From Antedon mediterranea (lineage: Eukaryota; Animalia; Echinodermata), in NCBI RefSeq assembly GCF_964355755.1, contig NC_092672.1, positions 5,146,001 through 5,210,000 of the forward strand: DNA of 64,000 bases, written 5' to 3'. Position 1 is the first letter of the stretch, and each line of letters opens with the position of its first letter. The notes under the pieces are model-generated. The model did not search any database, was not told where the DNA came from, and saw only the letters and a program-made list of their open reading frames with translations. This document shows positions 35,446 through 46,146 of the stretch, one piece after another. A program made the translations under genes and the position numbers.

Positions 35446-36659
35446 TATGGTACCTATATATACACAATAAACAAATTTCAAAGAAATCATAACTAAATTT
35501 TACTAATTAGGCTAGATAGGGCTATATGTATGTAGCACTCACTCTGTCTGGGACTCTCTGTGGCCCCTGCTGGGGGAAAGTCACAAAAAAGAAAACATTT
35601 TAGTTTTAAAATGCAGTCGGTACTAACTAGGCACAGTCAGCAGTATTCAATTTATATAGCCTTGCTAGAGGCAAAGGGTCAGTATTATGTTTCATCTTCA
35701 TTGATTGAGCCTACTTGCCTAGTAGGCTAGGCGGATCCGGCTAGGCTAGCTAAGCCTAGGTACGGTAAGCTACTACCCGCGAGGAATCGCTGACTGAGTG
35801 AGTGTAGGGGCCTAGCCCTAGGCTCCTTCTTGTCTTGGCTGGGGTGACAGCGTGACATATCACAAGTGATGATAACCAACTGTTGTATTATACATTTAAT
35901 TATTTATAAATTACTAGCCTATGCTACTTACACAAAGAGAGATAGAAAAATCAAAACAAAAATCTCACGATCAATTCATTTAAACACCTTTTAAATTTGG
36001 TGTCAATTAGCTTTGTGTATTCTCAACGCTGATTGGTCCATTGACATTCATTCGAATAATACTGCGCCCTCTATTAAGTTTGTCCAAACAAACTTCTAGT
36101 CTTGATGTACGTAAATGATTTATGACTATGAAAAGTGTATTTATTCAAACAGTGTGTTGCCAAACTTAACATGAAAATAAAGAGTCTTTCAAGTAAATAA
36201 AACTCATGATATACCATAATTGTTTGTTGTATATATGGAATTTTTATTCTGAAATAATCAATATATTATTATGTCGTATTGGACGGTTAAAAGTAATTGT
36301 AAGTAATCCGTTTAGCAGCTAAGTAGTCTTCCGTATAATTATTCACTGTGATTCAAATTATCCGATTATTGCACTGAAATTGCGTTCGTTGTACGTCTGG
36401 TTATTGCGTTCGTTGTAGCCTGCGTTTGGCTGGATATTGCTTTCGTACTTTAAAAAGTCTCTGTTTGATCTTATTAGCTCTTCCCTCTGATCTTCGACAA
36501 ACAACAACAGCATAATAGTTCAAATTGCTGGTCTCTTACCATGATCCTTTTAGCCGTTAATTAATCAAATTAGCATTGTGTGTAAGTCAATAAGTTCCGT
36601 CCTATTGTAACACAAATAATGTTTTCAATCACTTTTAGAAAAAGTTTCTCTCTGCGTAT

Positions 36660-38624
36660 TTAAACTGTATATTCTACCTCTTCAACCTCCATTATTGGTT
36701 CCATGATTTTTGCAACTCCACTAACCTTTCGAAATTTATGTTTATCTCTAATTACAAAGGTTTTTTGACCGCTTCCACTTGGTTTATTTTCAGGAGCTCG
36801 TCTGTACTCGACCGTCATACCACAAATGTTCTGTAGTCTTCGCATATAGCACTCCTGATCAAATCGAACGTCGTCAATTTGGTCTTGAACCGTGTTAATT
36901 TTCTGCAGGTTGTACGAAACCATTTCCATCCGTCGACTGGATTCACGCCGAAGCTTTGAGGCGATTAAATCAAGAACTTCGCCTCGATGCAAGCCATGGC
37001 AATCAGGAACCGGATTCTGACAAATTCTAGCCCAGTCTGATCTTGCTCGCTCAACCTGTTGGATCAAACATTTGCTGAGAGTGACGATGGAATTAAGTTG
37101 TTGATCAACGTTGGTTAGAGGACTTGCATCTATATCATACTCTTCACTTGGATCTTCTTGATCTTCCAGGAAGTGTTTGACAGCGTCTTTATCCTCCTTA
37201 GTGACGTCATGCCAATACACTCTTACATTGTCCCAATATCTGGAAAAATACTCCAGCTCCTCTATGTCTTCCTTTATTTCGAAAGAGTCAAACGATTCCT
37301 CTTTTTCGTCATCATTGAAATCCAGTGTGTTTGTGTGCACTTTCAAGTTTTCGTAGTCTTCTGTTTTCTCTGTCTTAACTGTCAATTTTGCTGACACGTG
37401 ATCAATGTTGTTGAAGGCTCGCACTTCACGTTCTGCCTGTACACATTTGCTCAACATTTTCACTTCCTTGGTGTTTACTGATTTGTCTGCCATTTCAAAT
37501 GAACGTGTCATTGTGCCGCTCTCTATCAACTCCTTTTTGAGTGTCTGTGTCTCGTCATCAACCATTTTTGGTTTAACCTTTCGACTTCTGGCTTTTTTGG
37601 TGAGACGTGCCAATCTAAAAGCTTCACTTAGCTTTCCTCTCTTTTTCTTCTTTGGCTTCTCCTCTTCATTGGAAGCGGCTGTATCAATTCCAGTTGATGT
37701 CTGTGACGACACTGTGCTGTCCATCTCGACCTCAAAAGAAGTGTCTGAAGCAGTTGACAGTTCAGGGCTTTTGGCAGCACCAACTGATGCAGCTTTGGCG
37801 GAGGGTGGGCGTTTAGATGACGCAATACCAATTGAGAAATCATCATCTTCTCCCATTACGTTTCTAATTTCGACTTGAAGGGCATCCCATTTTCTGACTT
37901 CTCTTTCTCGTTTCAGTTCGTCCCTTCGACGGCGTCGAGAAGTCGGGCTCTCACAGCCAGGAATATTTTCTTCCACTCTACTGAAAGATTTAACACCAGA
38001 CTCCTTAATTCTACCAACTGTAGTATATCTAGCTGGTGACCATGTACTTGCAACAGCTTGACCAGTAGTAGGCCTACTGGTGGTAGCGGCATTCGAATCG
38101 TCATTGGAAACAACCTGGATAACAAACAAATATATTTATTTAAAAACAGATATGTATTTATATGGCTAAATTACAATGTGATCGAGAATAAAATGTTAGC
38201 TTACCTGCTGTTGTCGTCTATTGCGACGGTTGAAGAATCTACGGAACCGTGCAAAGCGACGCCACCATGGAGAGGATGGACGTGCCTATCAATAAATATG
38301 AAATAAGATAAACTTCTTAAAAACAACTTTAAAAAAACCCATAAAATATGTAAATATGCTAGCAATGACATGATTGATAAACATTTTACATGTTTGTTGA
38401 TCGAAAATATTGACATAATTAAAGTATGCACCCACTAGGCTACACCTCGTTCGCGCACCAAGCCGATCGAACACCACTTCTACGCACTCTTACCTCTTAA
38501 CAAATTTCATGTACGGTCTTATAAAAGTATCGCTTAAAATTAAACATTCTTTACTCACGTTTTCTCTGCGATATTCTTCATTTTGTTGTTGTAGTTTATC
38601 AACTGATTGTTTATTTTCAGCCAT
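36660..38624 (-). CDS. Uncharacterised protein of about 533 aa (disordered and charged, with a C-terminal helical region)
   Basis: A 489-codon ORF lies at 36660-38129. Proposed exons are 38624-38559 (MAENKQSVDKLQQQNEEYRREN), 38285-38205 (ARPSSPWWRRFARFRRFFNRRNRRQQQ) and 38114-36660, all phase 0 with GT-AG sites. I recognise no protein family. Confidence 0.8.
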
Positions 38625-38737
38625 CGTAATGAATTAAAATCTTTTCCGAGTATAAATATTGAATATTTAACTAAGAAATCACTGAGATAAGTTACTTTCC
38701 AGCGTGCTTAGAAAGAATGATAAGGTTTGTTGACACC

Positions 38738-38806
38738 GTACCTCCTTGGTAACTTTGTGTACGAGCCTATGGTAACGTTACGCGAGCGTATCTTAGGCAT
38801 GGAAAC
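38738..38806. promoter_or_regulatory. Cluster of three RFX X-box-like sites upstream of the uncharacterised gene
   Basis: CTCCTTGGTAAC, GAGCCTATGGTAAC and TTAGGCATGGAAAC lie within 70 bp, 115-180 bp upstream of ATG 38624. The right half-sites match RRNAAC well and the left halves are degenerate. Confidence 0.45.
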
Positions 38807-39427
38807 GGTGACGCGTTTTAAAAGTAAGTTTGAAAAACAGCGCCGCACACCAAGTTTACCCAGATAAATAGCTAACTATTCAATAGAGGGATTAATGACA
38901 TTTACCTTACTCAGTACTTATTATTACATTTATTATCAATAAATATCATGTTACACTTTTCATTCGTTTGTTACACTTATATAACTATATATTTCATTAC
39001 AAAATAAACTATTATTACTAGTACTATTACAACCTATATCTACTTGTTCGCAACTGAGGACGAACAATGATTTCATAACAAACTTATACTACAAACGATA
39101 AACTTTTTTACATACGTCGTTTAATAGAAAAAAAAGTGGAAATCTGTATTAAACGGGATAAAAATTACATACGCTTTAAACTTTTATATATATTCAATAA
39201 TATAAAATTGTTTTTGATAAACATCTTAAAACATTAGGATTATTAAACTAAAATTCATGAAATTAAAATGTAGGCCTCCTAAGCAAAGGTGGGACTTTAT
39301 TACTGAACTATTTTACAATATGGTACGGGAATATAGAACCTTTTGTGGGTACGATCGACGAAGGTCTCATCGATAAATAATCGAATATAATCGCTATCTT
39401 ATTATTATTATTATTATTTATTATTCT

Positions 39428-42400
39428 TTATAAATCCATCCAATGTTGCAGCTAAAATGAACAAAGAAAAAAAAAGACAGTATTTCAAAAATTTAACTAA
39501 AACACAATATATAAATCATATACATGCATAATAATATGTCTATAAACGTTTATTAGTTTTATTGTATGAAAAGATTCACAATCAATTATTGTGCAAAAAG
39601 TAATCATTACCTTAAATCTTTTGACGTCATTTGTAGCTAAAATGCTCGCATGTTCCTTACATGGACTCATAGCCAAAGCCAGTCTCTGAAATACCAAGAA
39701 TAAAGTGGAAAGTGTACTGACAAGGTTCCCGTAAAAAATATATCTCCGGTTAAGAGGGGGTGGGGCACATATTTTAAAGGAACAGATACGCTTACGTAGT
39801 GATATGCTAAAATATGGTAGTGATATGACATCATCATGTCCATATATGGTCACCAAGTTTACTGGGACAGATACGCTTTTAATACTTCTATGCAAAATTA
39901 AGTATAGAGTAGCTATACGCACCTGTCGAATTGAACCCGGAATAACTAAGAATTGGTATATAGCTGTTATGGGTATTGCGATAATTGACGCCATAGCAAA
40001 ACACAATCCAATCGTATTGGCCCAAGATGGATAGTCATATATGTAGTTAGACTCCAGTGGAGCATATAGTATTATGCTGACTAGGACAATAAACTGAAAG
40101 ACGAACAGTAAGAAAATTATTGGTTAAAATATAAATTATTAGCGAGTTTGACCCTTAAGGCCAATTTACACCACCGACGAGCGGTAACAGCAATACAAAT
40201 TTAGAATCTATGTTATTCCTTTTATGACCATTTAATTACACACAACGCCGCGGAGCGGACGGTCGGCTTTCGCTCAGGATAGATACCGGTACAGATTCTA
40301 CGGGGACAAGCTACGCGGTTTCCCGCTTACAGTTACCGCTCGTCTGGCCTTTACTCCACACAGATGTGACGTACTATGACGAATTTGATCGTAACATGTT
40401 CATGTGATATTAAACGCGTCATAATCGTCATCGTCACGGTTACCATGGCTGTAAAGCTTGGTTCCCACTCGGACGCATAGCAATGCAAGAACGTAAGCCG
40501 CAACGCAAGGAAGCGAGTTGACCAATCAAAAGCGATGGATTATTCGAGATGTCGCTTGTGATTGATCAATTCGTCCTTTTGTTGCGTCCTAAGAACCAAG
40601 CTTAATAACCACCGTACAGCTGTGTGTGAATGTTATCGCAATATTGATAAGACCCAATACTCACCAAAAGAAAAACTGGTGTAACAAATTTCCAAAGAAT
40701 TTTCCAGAACATTCCCGGACGCACGCCACACATTTCTTCGATGTCATTTGAAAAATATTGCGTTCCTGTACGTAACAACAGAAATTGACAGTATTCTATG
40801 AAGCATATTTGTGTGTTTTATATGAATATAAACTTAAAATTGAAGAAGAAAAAACAGCACCAACCATAGATCCATGAAATACCAATAGCTTCGAAGAAGA
40901 CCGCCACCAACAGAGACGTTCCACCAATGTAGGCATCTTGAATTGTCAGTAAATACATTCCGCCATATGTAACATTTGGTAACGCTAGAAGGAACACGAT
41001 TATCACTACAATTGCAGTCAACAGTTCCCTCCGTTTGTTAAATAGATGTGGGAATTCGTCAGCAATACCTGTTAATACAGCTTCGAATCCTCCAAACTAA
41101 GCAATGGTTTTTAAAAAAAGGGTTCAAGTTTATTACTTAAAAATACAATTTATTAACCTAAATTTTATTCCGAACAAAATAAAGGGTACACGGTATAGTA
41201 GTTAAAATGTTTCTATGACATTTTAAAATGAATAATAATGTTCTGAAATAATATTAAGAAGACCGCCCTCTATATCGTCACACAATTTTTGGTTTCTTTG
41301 ACTTTGTCTTTTGTCAGCCAAATGTATGTTATCAACGATTCGGTTTTCATTTAAAACATTTTATTAAATAATACATTAAAAGTGATGAGGTCTGGAGATT
41401 ATTATTTTAAATTATAATTTTGGTTAAGAAATGTAAAAATAATCCTTCCAGTAGGCCTACCTGACTGTCAAGCCCAAGCGTGATAAGCATCAGAAAGAAA
41501 ATGATGGCCCACCCTGTAGAGCCTGGTAGTGTGGAAATAGCTTGCGGGTAGACGACAAATACAAGGCCTGGTCCTGACATTACACAAACAAAACATGTAT
41601 ACATTTATTATAAATATAAGCATAGGCAGTTGTGTAAACATCTGTACATTTACTAACTAAACTATTAATTATTGTTAGAAATTTAAAATGAGCATCATAG
41701 TTTGGTAATTGAATGAAAAACTAGCCAACGTCAATTTCAAGAGGTGCTGTGTTTCTTTAGTGTAGTATAGTGAAGACAATTAGTTCCCACATCTAGTTTA
41801 GGTTCTAGACGGCGATTATTGGTAAAAGATTTGCACACATGGCGTGCAATACGTATACTTGAGCTCGATTTCTGTCAGACAATGTTTTTTTGGTGAAAAT
41901 TAACGTTTTCTTTTGTCTTTTTATAAGTAAAATAATTTGTTTTTGCTGATTTTTTTTTCTACAGAAGTGAATAACTTTATTAAATCTGCAAAATGGCCTA
42001 TTAAAAGTCTGATTTTATTAATCTTTATTTTTCGGGTTTTTGGACGATAATACATCTTTAAGCAAATTAATTTACCGTCCGTAGCCACTTTTTCGATTGG
42101 TTTATGCTGTGTTACAGACATGTAACCAAGAAAAGAGAAAATCACAAAGCCAGCGAAGAAGCTTGTCAAGCTGTTAGCAATAGACGTCCGTAACATATCT
42201 CTGAAAACAGCAATATAAAAATACATAAATAATAAATATTAATATTTTGTTACCTTTGACCCTTTTTATTAAGGAAAAATGAATTAAACTTTGAACTTTA
42301 AAATACAAATGAAAAATGTGTTTACCTGTAGCAGTTGTTTCTAAATCGGTTATAGCTAGCAAATGCTATATGAACACCAAACCCTGCCCCCAGAGAATAA

Positions 42401-45400
42401 AACATTTGAGTTGCCGCATCAATCCAAACCTAGCCAAAACAAATAATAAATAAAAATATTGAATCGAAAAGACTAAATCGACATAACATACTCTTTGAGC
42501 AGAAGTGACAAGCATGAGGTTTGAAGACTTTGGACACATTTTACCAGTGTTTTCGATAGCAGGACAATTCGAAAATTGATCCGGCAAGCAACATCGCCCT
42601 TATTATGTAACATGTATACAACAAGAAAGCTAGTTAATCGGTGAAATCATGCACTGTTCCATAATAAGTATGGACTTTCGACTTAGGACATAGGAACATC
42701 ATGATCATTCTATTCGTTAAAATTGGGACGTACGTCCTAATTCCATTCCTCGACACATATTTTGTGAATTCTGGGACCGCACTTGACGATCAACAAGAAA
42801 AATCAATGCGTAGGTCAAGTCTTCGCAAATTGAAAAAGCCTCTAAATACCTGGGATGTTTTCAGCGTCGCAAAGTCTGGCGTCAGATAGAATTTGATTCC
42901 GTCGGCTGCACCAGGTAGTGTGATCCCACGAAGAAACAAAATGCCTAGTACAATGTATGGCAGCGTGGCTGTAATCCATACTACCTATAAAAACGCATTA
43001 GTTGGATTATATTAAATTCTGTAAATTGTAAAAGTATTATTATGATGTTATTAAATGAGACGTATACATGCAGTTTATACCGATATCACTGCTCCTTAAG
43101 CTTGGTTTTCACTAGAACGTAGTCGCAACGCAAGTGAGTTGACCAATGGCAATCGACAGTTTGAATATTTCATCGCTTGTGATTGGTCAAATCACTTAAG
43201 CTTGGTTCCCACTAGAACGTAACGCAAGGACGTAAACGCAACGCAAGCGTTTTAACCAATGACAAGCGAAGTTATAGCAGCGAATAAGCCATCGCTTGTG
43301 ATTGGTCAATTCACTTGCGTTGCGTTACGTCCTTGTGTTGCGTCGCTAGTGGGAACCACGCTTTACGTTGCGTTACGTCCTTGCGTTGCGTTTCTAGTGA
43401 GAACCAAGCTTTATACATGTGTATTTATAATGTTTTGCTAACATCCGTTTGTCACCCCATCTGCCTTTGTGACGTAATTACTTTAGTACAACTATATTCT
43501 CACCTTTCCAGACGTCTTTACTCCTTTCCAAAGCGAGAAATAATCGATAAATATGACAAATAGAAGACATAAGCAGAGATCCCATTTGATGCCACCGAGA
43601 TCCTCCAACCCGGAACTGTGCTGAACTCCTAACACTTTTCGACTGAAGAATCAATGGTAACTTCATTATTACATAGAAATAAAATGGTAATGTGTTGGAT
43701 GGAAAGATATTTTTTTTAATTTTAACAAAAATTCACTGTTCTGTACACGTTTTGTTAAAATAGAACAGTCAATCTTTTAACGCATGCAATATTCTCCCAA
43801 TTTAACTAAAAACATTCATTACTATACAGTATAAACAACTATGATCTGAGCTCGTCACCAACTCTAGTGAGATCGAATCGACATAGGTGATCCGCGCATA
43901 GGCCCAAGTAACGTAAAACTAAACGTAAAGCGTGGTTCCCACTAGCGACGCAACACAAGGACGTAACGCAACGCAAGTGAATTGACCAATCACAAGCGAT
44001 GGCTTATTCGCTTGTGATTGCTAACTGTCTATAAAGCTTGGTTCCCACTAGAACATAACGCAAGGACGTAAACGCAACGCAAGCGTTTTAACCAATGACA
44101 AGCGAAGTTATAGACAGTTAGCAATCACAAGCGAATAAGCCATCGCTTGTGATTGGTCAATTCACTTGCGTTGCGTTACGTCGTTGTGTTGCGTCGCTAG
44201 TGGGAACCACGCTTAACTTCGCTTGTCATTGGTTAAAACGCTTGCGTTGCGTTTACGTCCTTGCGTTACGTTCTAGTGGGAACCAAGCTTAAGTATGAAA
44301 TTGTTGCATACTTACAAGTAGAATTCTTCCGCTGGTGACACACCATTCGTAGAATTGACCGTAACATTGGCACCGTCAACGTACGCTATAGTATCATTAC
44401 TATCGGTTTCATAACAAAATTCTGTATTCCATTCGTGACCACATGTTAGCCAGGGTAAATTTAGTGTGAACGATGAAAACAGGTAATACACGGACCAGGC
44501 AATGAGAACGTTATAATATAAAGCTACCAGAAATGCTATAATCACAACAGCAACACCCGTTCCTGAAAAGAAGTTTAAAAAAATTGTACAAAACCAAGTA
44601 TTACCCCATTGTATTTGTATGAACAGTGGCGTAAGGCAGAGGCCTGACGCCCTTGGTTTAAGAAACCTGAGTAGCCATCCAAGTTTTTAGCCTTTTCCGC
44701 ATATTTTAATGCCTGTTTTTCCCTCTGGGCACTGCTCAGGGTCCCCATAAACTCCCATGGGTTTAGCTAGTGAGCGCTCATAGTCGTTACGTTACGTTAT
44801 GCTTCACTCATAAAATATAGATGCATATATTATGCAATTGTGTAATATGTATGTATATAAGAAATGATTTTTTTTTTAATTTTGTATCTATTATGTTGTG
44901 TTTATTGTTTTATGTTTTATGTGTAAAAGGGTCCTGCGAAAACAGAAGTGTAAACTTCTCTATGCAGGATCCTTGCCATCATTTATGCTATGAAACTGTA
45001 TTTATATAAACGATGAGTAAATAAATGTGAATTGAATTGAATGAAATGAATGTGTATTAATAAGATTTCGGCTTACACTATGTTAATATAAATAGTTCAA
45101 CTTACGGTATAAGTTGCCATTTTGCCAATTTAAGTCTATAATTAGCATCACTAGTATTTTGAACGGTAATGTCGGCACGTACACGGTGACGATATGTTTA
45201 AAGAAATATTAAGGAGATCAACTTATGCCTTGAATCGGCACACGGATGGGTGGACCTCTGTTACGTTGTTAACTTGTGGCTGCACTGACATGACGTGACC
45301 CTTAAGCGTGGTTCTCACTAGCGACGCAACACAGGACATAACGCAACGCAAGTGAATTGACCAATCACAAGCGATGGCTTATTCGCTTGTCATTGCTAAC

Positions 45401-46146
45401 TGTCTATAACTTCGCTTGTCATTGGTTAAAACTCTTGCGTTGCGTTTACGTCCTTGCGTTACGTTCTAGTGGGAACCAAGCTTTAGTGGAGAAGCATGTG
45501 GTTAAGTGTAACATCTGAGTCCACAGCGCATAGAGACTAGTATTATGCGCTATACAAATTTAAAACAATTAATGCGACAACTTACAGACGTACATGTGAT
45601 GTAATTGATTTACCTTTGAACAGAGGGCAGATCTTCCAAACGGTAATGGCACCACACCGATGAAACTGTCCCAATACTAGCTCCATGTACAAGAGAGGCA
45701 TTCCACCGAGAACCAGAAACAAAACGTATGGTATAAGAAAAGCTCCTGTAAAAGCAGATAAGTAAACGATCAGTTTTTACTTAAGCACTTCTTAAGCAAA
45801 AAACGATTGGTTAAAATGCAGGTTTGAATAAACGAGAATGTCTAACACTCAATTAAGACTTACCTCCTCCGTTTCGATAACATAAATACGGGAATCTCCA
45901 AACGTTAGCAAGATCAACTGCATATCCAATAACAGAAAGTATAAAGTCGAGTTTCTTGTCCCAGACATCTCTTTCTTCTACGTCATCAAGACTATCCACA
46001 CGGCGAGCAATTTTCGTTTCCGTTTTCCCAGTATCTTTAGCCATAGTTACCAACGTTTCTTTCGTCTCATCTGGCTTGATGGCATCTGGATCTGGAGAAG
46101 CTAGCATACGCTTCCATCCAACGTCAATAAACTCAATGTTCTCCAT
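39428..46146 (-). CDS. SLC6 Na+/Cl- dependent monoamine transporter (DAT/NET/octopamine-transporter-like), about 626 aa
   Basis: 13 exons: 46146-45864, 45745-45614, 44562-44316, 43642-43504, 42984-42850, 42429-42326, 42200-42076, 41573-41461, 41096-40865, 40765-40665, 40093-39923, 39685-39611, 39451-39428. TM1 [17 protein letters not shown] carries the monoamine-specific Asp. Also present are [14 protein letters not shown] and a C-terminus RFKLQHWMDL like that of NET/DAT. Confidence 0.95.
43099..43410. mobile_element. Family-B MITE nested in an older family-B copy
   Basis: Inner copy 43199-43362 has a TTA/TTA duplication, and outer copy 43099-43410 also has TTA/TTA. Confidence 0.9.
43929..44289. 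mobile_element. Family-B MITE nested in opposite orientation within another family-B copy
   Basis: Inner copy 44035-44213 is flanked by TAA/TAA. Removing it restores CTATAACTTCG, as in the intact copies 45305-45482 and 51475-51653. Confidence 0.92.
45305..45482. mobile_element. Family-B MITE (intact)
   Basis: TIRs with a TTA/TTA duplication. Older copies lie at 40455-40602 (TAA/TAA), about 48367-48518, about 8773-8910 and about 57430-57510. Confidence 0.9.

Noticed and set aside
43929-44292. TTAA-specific piggyBac/Kolobok classification of the MITEs
   Set aside because: The nested insertion shows that only 3 bp (TAA) is duplicated.
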